The notes beneath the pieces were generated by a model that saw only the letters and a program-made list of their open reading frames with translations, did no database searches and was not told where the DNA came from. The position numbers were made by a program, and so were the translations under genes. Positions 25,113 to 39,047 of a stretch of 64,000 bases of DNA are shown one piece after another (within the stretch, counting starts at the first letter, position 1; every line of letters begins with the position of its first letter). The stretch is from Eledone cirrhosa (lineage: Eukaryota). The DNA is taken from NCBI GenBank assembly GCA_964016885.1, contig OZ024742.1, positions 162,254,001 through 162,318,000 of the forward strand, in the 5' to 3' direction.

Positions 25113-25689
25113 GTGGGTTTCCTGGAATTTGGGAATAGTAATCATTAGACCTGTTAGGTTCCTAGAGTGTCTACAACCATTGGTATTGTTTTAGCTCTCA
25201 ACCTCCACATTTTTCCAATCTCTATTTCCAGGTCTTATTAATCATATTCATTTTCACAGTGATGATCTTATAACATTGGATCACTTAATAGACTCCCTAT
25301 CAAGTTATGTAACCTCACAAAGACTACAAATTCCACTGAGGTTAACTTTGGCTTTCATCCTTCCGGGGTTGATAAAGTAATTACTCGGTTACTATATAAT
25401 TGATTTTCTCCTCCTCCCTTTCTTTCAAATTTCTGGCTTTGTGCAAAAAGCAGAAATAATTATTATTGAGGTAGCAGAACAGTTAGAGCATTGGATGAAA
25501 TGCATTTGTTCTGGCTCTTTATGTTCTAAATTCAAATCACACTGCAGCAAACTTTGACTTTTATCCTTTGACATACATTTTTCCACACTTGCATGGATTG
25601 GACAGGTCCTTCTCAACACAGCATCTCTTCACTCATTACGTTCCTTCGTCATCTCTTCTGCCAGTCACAATGATTTGAGGTCAGCTCTC

Positions 25690-26040
25690 ATAACCTCTGC
25701 CTAGCTCTTTCTTGGTCTTCCTTTACTGTGATCTTCCTTCCACTGGGATTTCCAGGCATTTCTTCACCCAACAATCACTGTCCATCTACATCACATGTCC
25801 ATACCAACACAGTCTTCTCCCCTGCACACCATCTTGGATTCCTCTAAAACCCAGCTTCTCACTCAACTCGTCCCATCTCTGCGTTTCTCTCACACACACA
25901 TTGAACATCCAACGGAGCATTATTGCTTCATTTCTCTCCAGTCTACACATGTTTCATTACCATGTTTCATTACCATGCAACGGTCTTCGTTTTGTACGTA
26001 GGGAGAAACCTTTTGTTGTCACCAGTGGGAGTAGCTCATG
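25690..26040 (-). mobile_element. Old RTE 3' fragment
   Basis: Similar to 55862-56400 (catccaacggagcat...tttctctccag). Confidence 0.7.
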
Positions 26041-26181
26041 AAAGAAAAAACTCTGGTATGAAAAACTGTGTGTGAATTATCTATTTAGGCTTGCTCTGAA
26101 TATGAAATCTACAGCACAGACATATACACATATACACTTATACACATGCATACACACACATGCACTTATACATGCACATAT

Positions 26182-26835
26182 CTTCTTCTTAGTCTTAGGT
26201 TCATCCGTGCCTTTTGGAGCATCGAGCAGTAAGTAGATGCCAACAATCACAATCAACTGCAGCTTTTTCGTGTCTCTGCCAAGTGATGTTGACTGCCATA
26301 AGATCTTTTTGGAATGTTCATCGCCAGGTGATCTGGGGCAACCCCACTTCCATTTTCTGCCAGGTGAAGTTCAGTTCATCACCGTTTTCGATTATTGTTA
26401 GTTGGGCAGGTGGAGAATATGGCCAGCCAGGTGGCACCAGGTCCGTGACCACCCACTGCAGTGTCAACGACTTGGCTCTCCACCGGATTTCGTTGTTCCG
26501 CTCCAGGACACACAACAGATCATCCGCAAACACCACTGGTGGAATGTGTTCAGCTGTCTCTCTATCTTTGCCGTGCTCTTCCAGGTTTCGCTCATGTAAA
26601 ACACCATCGGCAGCACGATGCTCTTGTACAGGTGCAGCTTGATCCTGGTGCCGATGCATGAAGACAACCAGACTGGGAACATCCGCTGGAAAACTGCAGA
26701 TCCTTTGCTGATCGAACAGTTGATGTTGAGCTCTACATCACCATTGTTTGCCAGGCTGCTGCCCTGATAGGTGAAGTGATCGACTTCTTCCAGGTCTTGA
26801 TGGTTGACTCTGACCGCTGGACCTGTTGTTGGCTA
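26182..26835 (-). mobile_element. RTE-like LINE 3' fragment of a different family, with (GAA)n tail
   Basis: IKLHLYKSIVLP...SETW...LNTFHQWCLR plus an FTY.GS motif; tail gaagaaga. Confidence 0.8.
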
Positions 26836-27016
26836 TCCTCATAACATATACACAAACATATACACACATACACACATGCACATATACACACACACACATA
26901 TGTACACACACATACACATAAGCAAGACATGGTCATCTGACCTGGTTTGTCTCACAATGGGATAGCTTGTCTAGCTCATACTTGCATGGAAAAATGGATG
27001 TTAAACGGTGATGATG

Positions 27017-27243
27017 ATATACATGCATGTACACACACATGCACATATGCACATATACACACATATATATACACATACACACACACACATCCACATGCAC
27101 ATACACACATACACATGCACACACACATACAAACACACACATACATAATAATATATACAGCATATGAATACACACACATACGCACATACACACACACGTA
27201 CAGACACGCATGCACGCATACATGCATGCATACATACGCACAT

Positions 27244-27278
<35 letters not shown>

Positions 27279-27600
27279 GCCATACAAACTTTATTGATAT
27301 TTGGTCAGCTAAGATTGTGTAGTTGATGTTGCCATATCTGGAGAGGCATTTGATATGGCGGGAAAGTGGTATTCGTAGTGAGGGAGGGGTGATGGAGAGA
27401 GAGGGGAGTAGGGAAAGAGAGAGAGAGAGTGATATATATATATAGAGAGAGGGAGAGCGATAGGGAGAGCAAGAGGGAGAGTGAGATGGTGAGTGTGAGA
27501 GGAAACACAAGAGAGAGATGGAGAGAGAGATGGGGGTGAGAGGAAATGAGAGAGTAAGAGGGAGAGAAAGAGAGATACAGAAAGATAGAAAGTAAGAACA
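27017..27600. repeat. (CA/TA)n and GA-rich low-complexity tract
   Basis: Direct reading. Confidence 0.9.
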
Positions 27601-28104
27601 CTGTTAGGGAAGGAAACAAAAATTAAAAAAGATGGAAAATGCAAGCAGAAAAAAGGGAAAGAAATAAGAGTTGGTGATGATCTATTGTAGATATTGTAGG
27701 GGTGGTGAAGAGGGGGAATCATCATCATCATCATAATGTTCATAATTGTCCTGTGCCATGGACTCTTAACTCATGAAAACCTAGGGATCTGAAAAATCAA
27801 TAAGCCGGATGGGTAAGGGGATGATTATTTGAAACCCAAGAGTAACCCATCATGATAGTTAAAACAGGTGTGTAATCCATCCCTAATAACTCCTCAAATA
27901 CCAGAAAGTTCAACAAGTCCAATACCACCATCCTCCATAGGAAGTACAACACATATGTTCTCCTTTCTTATTCTATGTCAGTCTATCATATCTGATAAAT
28001 TCCAGATCAACTTTGTCAAGTACTGCTCTTGGGTCTCTAATAATGCCCCTCCCACTTCCCTGCTCTTATCCCCCCACCACTTATTAAAGTTTGCTAATCT
28101 ATCT

Positions 28105-28464
28105 TCAGTGGAAGCACATGGCCTAGTGGTAAGGGTGTTGAACTTATGATCATAATGCTGTGGGTTCGATTCCTGGGTTGCGTGTTGTGTTCTTGAGCAA
28201 AACACTTCATTTCACATTGCTCCAGTATACTCAGCTGAAAATGAGTACTAGCAATAACTAGGAGTTTAACCCTGCGATAGACTGGTGTCCTGTCCAGGGG
28301 GATGTCTTGTATTCTCAGTCGCTTCACACCATGAAACCGGGATAAGCTCCGGCCAAATGAGCCTTCTGGGTTAAGACAGACTTTAGACTTTTCGATATAT
28401 ATATAATATGTATTACATATATATGTAATACATATTATATATATATACAGACTTTAGACTTTAG
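28105..28464 (+). mobile_element. tRNA-headed SINE family B, full length, with 9-bp TSD, inserted in a MITE
   Basis: A box tggcctagtggtaag, B box ggttcgattcc, (agacttt)n tail; TSD aatctatct at 28096-28104 and 28465-28473. Confidence 0.88.
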
Positions 28465-29432
28465 AATCTATCTCAAGTAAAATGTTATTTTAAGCAGTAG
28501 CATTCCTGTGACAATTAAATTTTCTTTATACATTAAAAAACATTATACATGACAAAAAAAGTACATTACTAGTTTAATAGAATTAGTATTATTACATATA
28601 TTTATTACTACTGTTTTAGAAATAACATGAAAGGCTGATTTACTTTGTAGAATGTTCATACAATTTAGAAGTATTTAAATAATAGTCACCAATTTAGCAG
28701 ATGGATATAAGAGTAGATGTATCACCACGAAGAATTATCATGATGTTGTATTTGTTGTAACTGGAAAGGTGTGTTTATAACATCACAAGACTTTACAATG
28801 TTTTATGTAATTTATTTACATAAATTGAGCTGAGTAGAGCTGGCATGCTAAAACAAATGAAACAAACGAATTAAGATTTCAGAAGGCACGGTCTACTGGC
28901 TGAAGTATTGGCCAGGCCATGGTTATATTGTTGTGTTACATATTGGCTAGTGATTTCATGGCGAAAGAAAAATAGTTGTTTACCTTTCCACGGTCAAAGC
29001 TGCAAGATTTTTTGAGTTGACACAGGAAGTTTTCCTGCAGGGCGTGTAGAGATACATTCTCCTCCGCTGGCAGCGATTGGCTGAGCTGAGCCAAATAACG
29101 CACGGAGAATATATCATTGCACCCGAGGAACGTAGATCACTACACTAGAAATAAAATAGATAGGATGGGTTGGGGTCTCAATATGTAAACTAAACGATTA
29201 ATTTAAAAAAACAATCAATGGAGACAACCTAGAAAAATTACCAATGTTTTCCCATCTCCCTCAGCTTATTACAACTCACCCACTTATTCCAATCTCCCCG
29301 CTTATTCCAACTACCCCTATTATTTGTGACCTGAAAGTACATGCTGTTGAGGAACAAAATACTTACATGAGGCTATCTTTTTCTTTGAAGACCTTCTGCT
29401 GTCCAGCTCTTCCTAGAGTTTCTTCCTACCAT

Positions 29433-29605
29433 TCAGTATCAGTAGAGCATTGGACACCATGCTTTGCAGCATAGAATTATGGCCTTTTACGGTCTGAGTT
29501 CAAATCCTGCCAAGATTAGTTTTGCTTTTCATCCTTACGGGGTCGATAAATTCACTGGAATCGATTTAATCAATTTTCTCCTCACCCAAATTATCAGAAA
29601 CTATT
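29433..29605 (+). mobile_element. SINE family A
   Basis: cagtatcagtagag...gagttcaaatcc...catccttacggggtcgataaa. Confidence 0.8.
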
Positions 29606-30795
29606 ATTTAGAGAAATTACTGGAATTGTTTCGGTTAGTAAAACAACCCCAACAGTCAGCAGCCAGCAAAATAATATAAGAAATATTACTGGTTTTACAC
29701 ATTAAGGTATCTACTTTTAACAGAATTACAAATTAAGCAGTACCCAACTTGGGGCTCCACAAAGGCTGTACTGGGGGCCGATGAGCTAAGTTCAATATTT
29801 TCAAGTACTTTGTTAAAAACAAAATATACACATACTATTGTGAATCTATTCTTCTCTAAGTATAAATTTCCTTTTATTATTATTATTTTTTTTTTTTTTT
29901 GTTATTCTCACTGCATAACAATATAAGAGAGGAGTAATTCTAGTGAAGAATCCCTGGGAAAATTCATTTAAATAAAAGGGGTCTTTGATAGTGAAAATGT
30001 TGGCAGCCACTAATTTATTTTCCCACTATAACATTTCTCATTATAAAAAACTGTCAGAACACAGCATCCTTCGAAACTTCCATGCTTCCCGAAATTCGCC
30101 AACACTACACCTGATATTCCACCTCGATACGCATGCACGCATGTATCTGTGTGTATATTATGACTCGTACACTGTTCACTTTCCTGACATTTATACATTA
30201 TTCTATGTACTATACATGCACCTTTGATGTGTTGTAGTGCACCTGAGCACTGTAAACAATAATTTTCATTATTATTATTATCGTTATAAAATGGTCACCA
30301 ATGTTATTTGTGTTTGTAAAAGAGAAGGAAAGATTGTAATCTGTTGACTTCCAACAAAATGGTAAAAGTAAAAGAAATAAACAAATATTCACCACCACTA
30401 TACCATATAGATAAAGATTATCTTATAATTAAACACCTTGAATGTATGGTTAATCAGCTGAATAAAATCTGTGGAAAGAAAACATTTAAATTCAATGAAA
30501 ACAGCTGTAGGATTAATGGAAGAGGAAATTGGCTGGAACTGAAGGGGAGGAGGACCTTAGAAGGGTTTTAGAAAGGGAGGGGAGTTGAAGAAAAAAGGAA
30601 ATTAAGAGAACATTTGGAACTAGGGTTTGTTAGATAAAATATTTGAATAGGAAAATAGAAAAGGCTATGGAGTGTAAGATGGTTGTGGGTTAGAGGAAAG
30701 AGAGATAGAAAGAATTAGTGATAGATGGATAGATGGAGAGATGAATGGATGAATGAACAGGCATACAGACGGACAGATTGATAGACAAATAGATA

Positions 30796-33700
30796 AATTT
30801 CTTTATTAGCCAAAAGAAGGGGACAAATACAAATGGGGAGTTTACATACAGGTATATGAAAATAAAACTATTAATAAAATAACAAATAACAATTGATATC
30901 CCCAATAGGGGGGAGGTGTTACACAGGGGTTGTACATACCCCGAAAAAATGTACAACCCTCATCTCCAGGAGCACCAAGAGTGAGTACTCCCTTCCTCTC
31001 TTCCTCTTTTTCCTCAACCTACAGGCTTATAAAGAGAGAAGGCCCAACCACTCGGGCCAGCTTTGCCACATTCACCCACCTTTTATAAAATTTGCTGGGG
31101 TACAGCACCTCTCTCTCTATTCTGATTCTTCTTCCAAAATGATATTTGAAAAAACGAATCAGTTGCTCGCCAGAGAGAAAGGTGTCTGACCTCAGCCCTT
31201 TTAACCTCGTCCACCATATAACCTCTTTCACCATAGCCATAACATATAGGAAAACCGCCTCTCCCTCGTTTTTGAAGGAGGGTGGCAGTTTGATCATGAC
31301 AATGGACTCGGTGGTCAACTGGATTGGTCCCACTCGCGACAATAGTCGTTCTACATAGCCCCACAGGTCGGTAACGCCTGGGCAGTGTACAAATGCGTGC
31401 GCGACGGTTTCCTCGTCGCGCACGCATCTCGGACAGATCTTTTTCGAAGGGTCCCTACCCGGGCACCCGTGTCTGTAGAGCTTGTCTCTAACTGGTAGAG
31501 CTCCTCGGTAGCACTGCCAGGCCAGGGACTTTTGGAAGTTGTCCATTGGTCCCGGGCGGAAGGTCCTACCGAACAGATTGGCCAGTTCGTCCTCCTCTAT
31601 GCCTAGAGCATGTCGTCGCACTTGCTGCGGACCAACCCTCTATAGACTGTCAAAGTGGAGTCTCCACTGATCGCCGGGTCCGTTTGCCAGAGGACTGTGA
31701 GCACCTGAGCACATTCGATGTGCCAGTCGCCCATTTCCTCGGTCTTTGCTTGACCCAGGACTGCAGCTCGGTCAGCGAGACGAGTCGTGGGAAGGCTCGC
31801 CTCACGATCGGGGCTCACACCGGTTGTCTGGTGAGGAATACGTGGAGGTGTCACAGCCTGAGCGCGTGTTTGCGCATCGTCAGCCACGGCATCCCCAGCC
31901 CTCTGTTTGAAGGGTGTTGGCAGCAGATAGATTTTCTCACCAAAGGAGCCCGTTTCTTTCATTTCGGGCATTTTGGTGAGCGTTTTGGCTGGACAAGGCA
32001 CGACAGTCAAGCGGTAGTAGATGATGAACGCTATAAAAGTGTTCGCCACCTCCGCTCGACCTTTCAAGGATAGTTTGCACTCAGCCCACTTCTGGGTGAG
32101 CGCAACACCTTGGCCATCACCTCGTTCCAGTTCTTCTCCACCTGGAGGTTCGGACCAAACCAGACCCCGAGCAGCTTTACCGGTCCTTCCATCCAGCGTC
32201 CGACGACGCCATCGGAAAGCATCGGTTTGCCTCTCCACGTTCCGAGTTGCAAACCGACGGATTTGTCCCGGTTCAGCTTCGCTCCTGTGAACCTTTCGTA
32301 TTCCTCCAGTAAGGTGCCGATCTCCCCGATTTGCGAGGTGCTCGACACTATTACTGTCACGTCGTCGGCGTAGGCCGACGCCACTTTTCGCAGTCCCTGT
32401 TCCAAAGGGATGCCCTGCAATAGCTCCAACTTCCGCAGTAGTGGCTCAAGAGTCAGTACGTACAGAAGGGAGGAGAGAGGGCATCTCTGTCGGATGGATC
32501 GCGTGATATGGAATGGCTCCGAGAGGTAGCCGTTCACCTCGACCCTTGAGCAGATGTTGCTGCTGTGCATTGCAGCAATCCAGTCCCTGAATACGGGTTC
32601 GAAGCCTGCCGCCTCGAGCACCGCATCCAGGTAACGATGGTCAACCTTATCGAAAGCCTTAGACTGATCCAAGTTGATCAGGGCCCCACCGAAGCCGGGT
32701 TTACACCCTACCCTCTCTATGATGTATCGCATGAGGTGGAGGTTGTCGTGTATGGACTTGGTCGGGATTGCGCATGTCTGCGCTTCTCCCACCAGGTTTT
32801 CGACGACAAGCGCCAGCCTCTTTGCCAACACCTTGGCCAAATTCTGTGTTGAACAGAGTTATGGGCCGGAAGTTGCCTATCTCATCCCCCTTGTTCTCGT
32901 CCTTCCTGACTAACGTGATTACGCCCTTGGTCACAGAACTGAGAATTCTCCCGTTCTGCTGCCAGTTGCAGTAGACCGCTTCCAGGAGACCGGACAACAA
33001 GTCCGGCATTGCTACGTAAAATTCATAGGGTAGACCGTCGAGACCTGGAGATTTGCGTTTGCCGCATTGGCTCAGCGCGTCCCCTATCTCAGCGGCCGAA
33101 ATCTGCCTTTTGCAGAACTTCGCCTCACTGTCTGAGAGTCGCGGTAGGCCGTCGAGGTATGAACCGAAATCCATAGCCCCTCCCGGCGCGCCGCCCCTCC
33201 CGAACAGTTGAGCAAAGTGCCGCTGAAAGGCCGCACACATTTGCTTTGGCTCACGTATCACGCGTCCGTCTTGGTCCTTCAAAGACAGAATCGTGGACTT
33301 GTTGTCACTTTTCGCCTCCGTCACTCGGGCCCAGCTAACAGCTTTGGCTCCCTCGTTTCCCCGAGCACGTATTTTGCTTCTGACAACGCAGCCTTCATAC
33401 TTTGCGTCGAAGAATTGGTCCAAGGCCGTTCTCATCGCTAGCACGCTGGCTACGTTGCCACTCCTAAGTGCCTCTTGTACTTTATCTACCAGTTCCTTTT
33501 TGGTCTTATTTCTATCTAACACTAATTCTTTACTAAAACCTATCGAGTCTAATCTAACTGCCCTCTTGAGAGAGTACCACCATCTGTTGTTGACAATGGC
33601 CCCCGTCAAGTGTTGCTTAACTAAAGTGCTAATCCGTCTACTGTAGGCTTTGCATGTCGGTAACGACAAGTTCAGCTTCCAGTAGCCGTGTCCCTGTCTA

Positions 33701-33923
33701 TGGGTTTTGTCAAGGTTGACTAAGCAGGTCACTAATTTGTGATCTGAATAGGCAACCATGAACATTTGTGGACAGCTTAACATGTCCCTATCCTTCTTTC
33801 TAACTAGAACCCTATCTAGGTACGATCTAGATGTTCCGCTGCGATTAGTACACGTCCACAGTGGCACAGTCGGAAAATCTAGTCGATATCTATCGGCCAG
33901 GTCAAATTAGCCGATTAACTGTT
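30796..33923 (-). mobile_element. Tx1/L1-clade LINE, 5'-truncated (EN C-terminus, RT, C-terminal Cys domain), frameshifted
   Basis: SYLDR..SDHKLV, GYWKLN, KSPGLDGLPYEFY, NFRPITL, LDQSKAFDKV, AYADDV and CPRC..ETVAHAFVHC; aataaagaaa tail; 11-bp TSD acaaatagata at 30785-30795 and 33924-33934. Confidence 0.95.
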
Positions 33924-34016
33924 ACAAATAGATAGATAGATATATAGGTAGATAGATAGCTAGATAGATAAATAGATAGTTAGTTAGATAGATAGAAAGA
34001 TAGGTAGATAGATATC

Positions 34017-34548
34017 TTTCTTTATTTGCCACAAGGGCGTACAAAAATGGGACGTTACAAGATGTGACGGTGGGGGTTTTACATAAAAATCTTTAACATT
34101 AATCAATAACAATAAATTATATATAAAATAAAACAATCGAAATCCCCAATAGGGGGAACGTTACTGTGACATTGTTTTACACCCCGTAGCTAGGAAAACC
34201 CTCAACACCAGGAGCACGTTTTGTAGGTGTTCCTGTCTTCTCTCTGTTTGTCTTCCCCAACCTACAGGTTTATATACAGAGAAGGCCCATTCACTTGGGC
34301 CATTTTCGCCCCATTCACCCAACTTTCAGCGAATTTACTGGGGTGTAGCACCTCTTTCTCCACTCTCACCTTCCTTCTGAAGTGGTATTTAAAGAAGGGG
34401 ATGAGTTGTTGTCCGGAGAGGAAGGTGTTTGCACTCAGTCCTTTTAACCGCATCCACCATATTACCTCTTTCGCCATAGCCACCAGACAGAGGAAAACCG
34501 CCTCTTCTTCATTCTTAAATGAAGTCGGTGGAGTGATCCTCACAATGG
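34017..34548 (-). mobile_element. Tx1-like LINE 3' fragment inside (GATA)n
   Basis: ORF 34262-34543 is homologous to the C-terminus of 31019-31621; (GATA)n on both sides. Confidence 0.9.
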
Positions 34549-34980
34549 ATAGCTAGATAGATAGATAGGGAGATAGACAAATAGATAGATAGATAGATTA
34601 GTAGATAGATAGATAGATATATCGACAGATAAATAGAAAGATAGATAGATAGAGAGTGAGAGGGGGTAGGCAGGTAGGTAGGTAAGTATGTAGGTAAGTA
34701 GCTAGGTAGGTAGGTAGGTAGGTAAGTAGGTAGATAGGTAAGTAGGTAAGTATGTAAGTTGGACAGAAATGTATATATATGAAGCTACAATAAAAGTATA
34801 CTAACAAAGCCCTGGGCAGAGGTGGTGAAAGCTGATCTGAAATTGCTGGGGACTCACAGAGGAGATGACGAAGGAACATGGCAAGTGGAGAGATGCTCAA
34901 AAGGACCCATCCAACCCCTGCAAGGATGGATCAAAGACATAAAAATGATGATGATGAGGATGATGATATATATTATGTAT

Positions 34981-35016
<36 letters not shown>

Positions 35017-35018
35017 AG

Positions 35019-35302
35019 GTGGAGGCACGTGGCCTAGTGATAAGGGTGTTGGACTTACGATCATAATGTTGTGGGTTCGATTCCTGGGTTGTGTGTTGTG
35101 TTCTTGAGCAAAACACTTCATTTCAAGTTGCTCCAGTATACTCAGCTGAAAATGAGTACCAGCAATAGCTGAAGGTTTAACCCTGCGAAGGACTGGCATC
35201 CTGTCCAGGGGGGAGTCTTGTACTCTCAGTCGCTTCACACCATGAAACCGGGATAAGCACCAGCCAAATGAGCCTTCTGGCTTAAGACAGACTTTAAACT
35301 TT
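35019..35302 (+). mobile_element. SINE family B, full length
   Basis: Close paralogue of 28105-28395. Confidence 0.88.
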
Positions 35303-35691
35303 TCGATATATATATATAATATGTATTACATATATATAAATATATATGTAAGCATGATCTGTACTTAGGAAGGGCATCCTAAAAAAACACCCAAAACATG
35401 ACCTTACTATATGCAAGGTACAGTGCAGCCAGCTGGCTAGACATCCCCCATAACGGGACCACCCAGTCCCACACTGTAAATGTAGTTGGTGTTATGAAGG
35501 GCATCTAGCAGCTGTAAAAAGCCGGATAAAACACAGGTCCTGCTATGAGCAAGGTTTGACAAGGTCAACTGGCCAGACCTTCCTCATAATGTTGACAACT
35601 CATCTAACCCATACAAGTGTGGAAAACAAGACGTTAAATGGTGCTGATGACGATAATATATATACATATATTGTATATGTATACACACACA

Positions 35692-35731
<40 letters not shown>

Positions 35732-36254
35732 TGTGTGTGTACATATTATGTGTGTGTGTATGTATATGTATATATTTGTATGTATTATGCGTGTATATAT
35801 ATTAGTTATATAATCTGTTGCAATGAGATGTTAAAGAGCTCATTTGATATTTCTCTATTTCAGAAGGAAGTGGGTGATTTTAAAGGATATTGTGATAGGA
35901 AATGTTTGTGTGTTCAATGAAGATCAAAGACTAAAGAGAAACCAAGAATGATTCCACTTCTTTGAAATGGTATCTATTCAGCTGTGGGCAGAATTCTTTA
36001 AAGATGTAAACCTCTACCATGGTTTTTGTCCCTCACTTTATCGATCTAAGTTGCCATTTGATGAGGTTTTTCATGTCAGTTTCACTTATGAACCAGAAGG
36101 GAAGAGAAATAGTTAATTGGTTAGATACAGTACAAGATGCTCTCTTCTACTGCATGTTATTTTATGTTATTCTCTCCCTCTCTCTCTCGCTCTCTCTTCC
36201 TCTCTCTCTCCCCCTCTCTCTGTTTGTCTATCTAACTATCTATCTATCTAAACC

Positions 36255-36312
36255 CCCGCCGTCACGTCTTGTAATGTCCCATTTTTGTACGCCCCTGTGA
36301 CAAATAAAGAAA
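36255..36312 (+). mobile_element. Very short Tx1 3'-UTR insertion in (TCTA)n
   Basis: Reverse complement of 34017-34075, flanked on both sides by tctatctatc. Confidence 0.75.
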
Positions 36313-36708
36313 GATATCTATCTATCCATTAATCCATCCTAACATCTATCTATCTACCTATCAATTTTTAACTCTTTCTCTGATCTGTGACTGACATGCT
36401 CATACATGTGTGTTTGAAAAAGAAAGACAGAAAGAGAACACACAGACACACACACACACACACACATGTGTGTGTCTTTGTATGCTTATGTATATATATG
36501 TGTCAGTGTGTATATATATACGTATATATATATATGTGTATATATATATATGTGAATACATATATGTATGTTTATATGTATACTAGCTAGCCCGTCCGGC
36601 TGGCGCCCGGCTAGGTATACCTGCCCCCACCACTCCACTGCAAAGATATCACACACCCTCCGGTGTCACATTGTCCTTCCGACTCTTCCGACTCTTCAAG
36701 AAATAATT

Positions 36709-36868
36709 GAAGTTCATAGGCTGAAAGGTTCATAGGCAGAAAAGTTCATAGGCAGAAAAGGTCATAGGCTGAATAATTCATAGGATGAAAAGTTCATAGG
36801 CTGAATAGTTCACAGGATGAAAAGTTCATAAGCTGAATAGTTCATAAGCTGAAAAGTTCATAGGCAGA
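36709..36868. repeat. ~16-17 bp tandem repeat (aagttcataggctgaa)
   Basis: About 9 copies, direct reading. Confidence 0.9.
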
Positions 36869-37015
36869 TATTTTGGCTATTGAGTGGAGGTCCCAAATAT
36901 ATATCACAGCTGTTTTGGATAAAGGAATATGTCTATCTTATCCATGGCCAATGTAGTCCAGGTTTGTAGACATTAGTTATCTGTTTAGTTTTCTGTTTTA
37001 TTATTAATGGCACAT

Positions 37016-37228
37016 GGGTGGTGGATTGGCAGTATCGGTAGAGCATGACAACATGCTTTGTGGTATAGTATTACAGCCCTTTACCTTCTGAGTTCTCATC
37101 CTGCTACGGTTAACTTTGCCTTTCATCCTTACAGGGTCGATAAAATAAAGCACCAGTAATGCACTGGAGTAAATTTAATCAACTTCTCTTTCTCCCAAAT
37201 TGGTGGCTGTGTGCCTAAATCAGAAACA
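37016..37228 (+). mobile_element. SINE family A
   Basis: ggtggattggcagtatcggtagag head plus central block. Confidence 0.85.
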
Positions 37229-37389
37229 TCAGATTTTCCAAAGATGTCCTGAACAGGTTGGGCAAGGACGAGACAATGTGTAAGAATGTGGTAATATTTG
37301 AAGTTTATTTAGAAATCAAACAAGAAATATGAAAAAGTATGTGTCTGTATGCCTGCATGCCTATGTGCACACACACATACTCACACACG

Positions 37390-37461
<72 letters not shown>

Positions 37462-39009
37462 AGGTTGGGAAAGGGAGAGCTTACCATCAATCACCTCCTC
37501 TTCATGGACGATCTTAAGCTCTTCGGGAAGAGTGAGAAGGAGTTGGATGTGCTTGTTGACACTGTCCGTATTTTCAGCAATGATATATGTATGCAATTTG
37601 GTATTAGTAAGTGTGGAGTCCTTGTGATGAAGAGGGGTAGATTGAGCAGAAGTAACGGAATGCAGGTGCCAACAGGTGAGATGATAAAGGAAATTGACAC
37701 TGAAGAAGGATACAAGTGTTTGGGTGTTCTGGAGGCTGATGACATCGGGAACAAAAAAATGAAGGAATTGATAAGAACTGAATACATTCGGAGAGTGGAG
37801 AGCGTATTGGGGTCACATCAGAACAGTAGGAATGCCATAAGTGCAGTAAATTCCCGAGCTGTGTCTATTATTAGATACAGTGCGGGAATTCTGAGATGGA
37901 ATGTTGCTGAACAAAAAGAAATGGATAGAAAGACTAGGAAGCTAATGACTATCTACAACATCTTCCACAGGAGGAATGATGTCGATAGACTCTACTTAAG
38001 GAGATCTGAAGGTGGAAGAGGTCTTATCAGCATAGAGGACTGTGTTCAGATGGAGAAAAACAACCTACACAAATACGTGACTGCTCGGAACTGTACTGAA
38101 GGAGAGGACAATGGACCAGGGGATGTCCAGGGGGGAAATAACAACAAGGAGAAAGAGCAGCCTTCATGAAAAATCCCTTCATAGTACCTTCTTTGAGAAA
38201 ACTGAATTCAGAGATCCACAGACATGGAACTGGTTGAAAGGAGGAGACCTTAAAAAGGCTGCAGAGGGGGTGTTAATGGCTGCGCAGGAGCAGGCCCTCA
38301 AAACGAAGTGGTTGAAACACCATATTTACAAGGAGGAGGCTAGCCCACTGTGCAGGATCTTTGGAGAGAGAGAGAGGAGACTGTGGCTCACATTGTATCC
38401 GAGTGTAAACACCTAGCCCAGACTCACTATAAGAGCTGGAGACATGATGTGATGGGCGATGGAGACATGATGTGATCCACTGGCACCTATGTGGAGTGGG
38501 CAATTTACCACATTCTGAGAAGTGGTATGAGCATAAGCCAGAGTCGGTGATAGAAAACGATCAGGTGAAGGTGCTGTGGGATTTTAGGATACAGACGGAC
38601 AAGAAACTGGAACACAATAGACCTGACCTGGTGGTTTTGGACAAAGAAAAAAGATCGTGCCTGATTATGGATGTGGCCTGCCCATTCGAAACGAGAGTGC
38701 AAGAGAAGGAGAGGGAGAAAATTAACCGATACCAGGACTTAAAGTGGGAGGTAAGGAGGATTTGGAACTGCCATGAGGTCAAAGTGGTACCGATTGTCAT
38801 AGGCGCACTAGGGACTATCTCAAAAAGTTTCCAGGGATGGTTAAAGAAAATTGGCCCCTTCACGCTTTTTGGAACGCTTCAAAAGGCATGCTTGCTGGGA
38901 ACAGCAAGAACCCTCCGATACGTCCTGAATATCTGAGGCTGCAAGTAGTGGCTTGATATTCATTTCAACAAACTTTCCAGTTAACTAACATCAACGACAG
39001 AGACTCAAA

Positions 39010-39046
<37 letters not shown>
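37462..39046 (+). mobile_element. R4/Dong-like RLE LINE, 5'-truncated, embedded in (AAT)n
   Basis: HLLFMDDLKLF, RLYL.R..GGRGL, RHD..IHWHL, RPDLVV..DVACP, KINRYQDL, VVPIVIGALG and LQKACLLGTA; (AAT)n on both sides. Confidence 0.92.
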
Positions 39047-39047
<1 letters not shown>

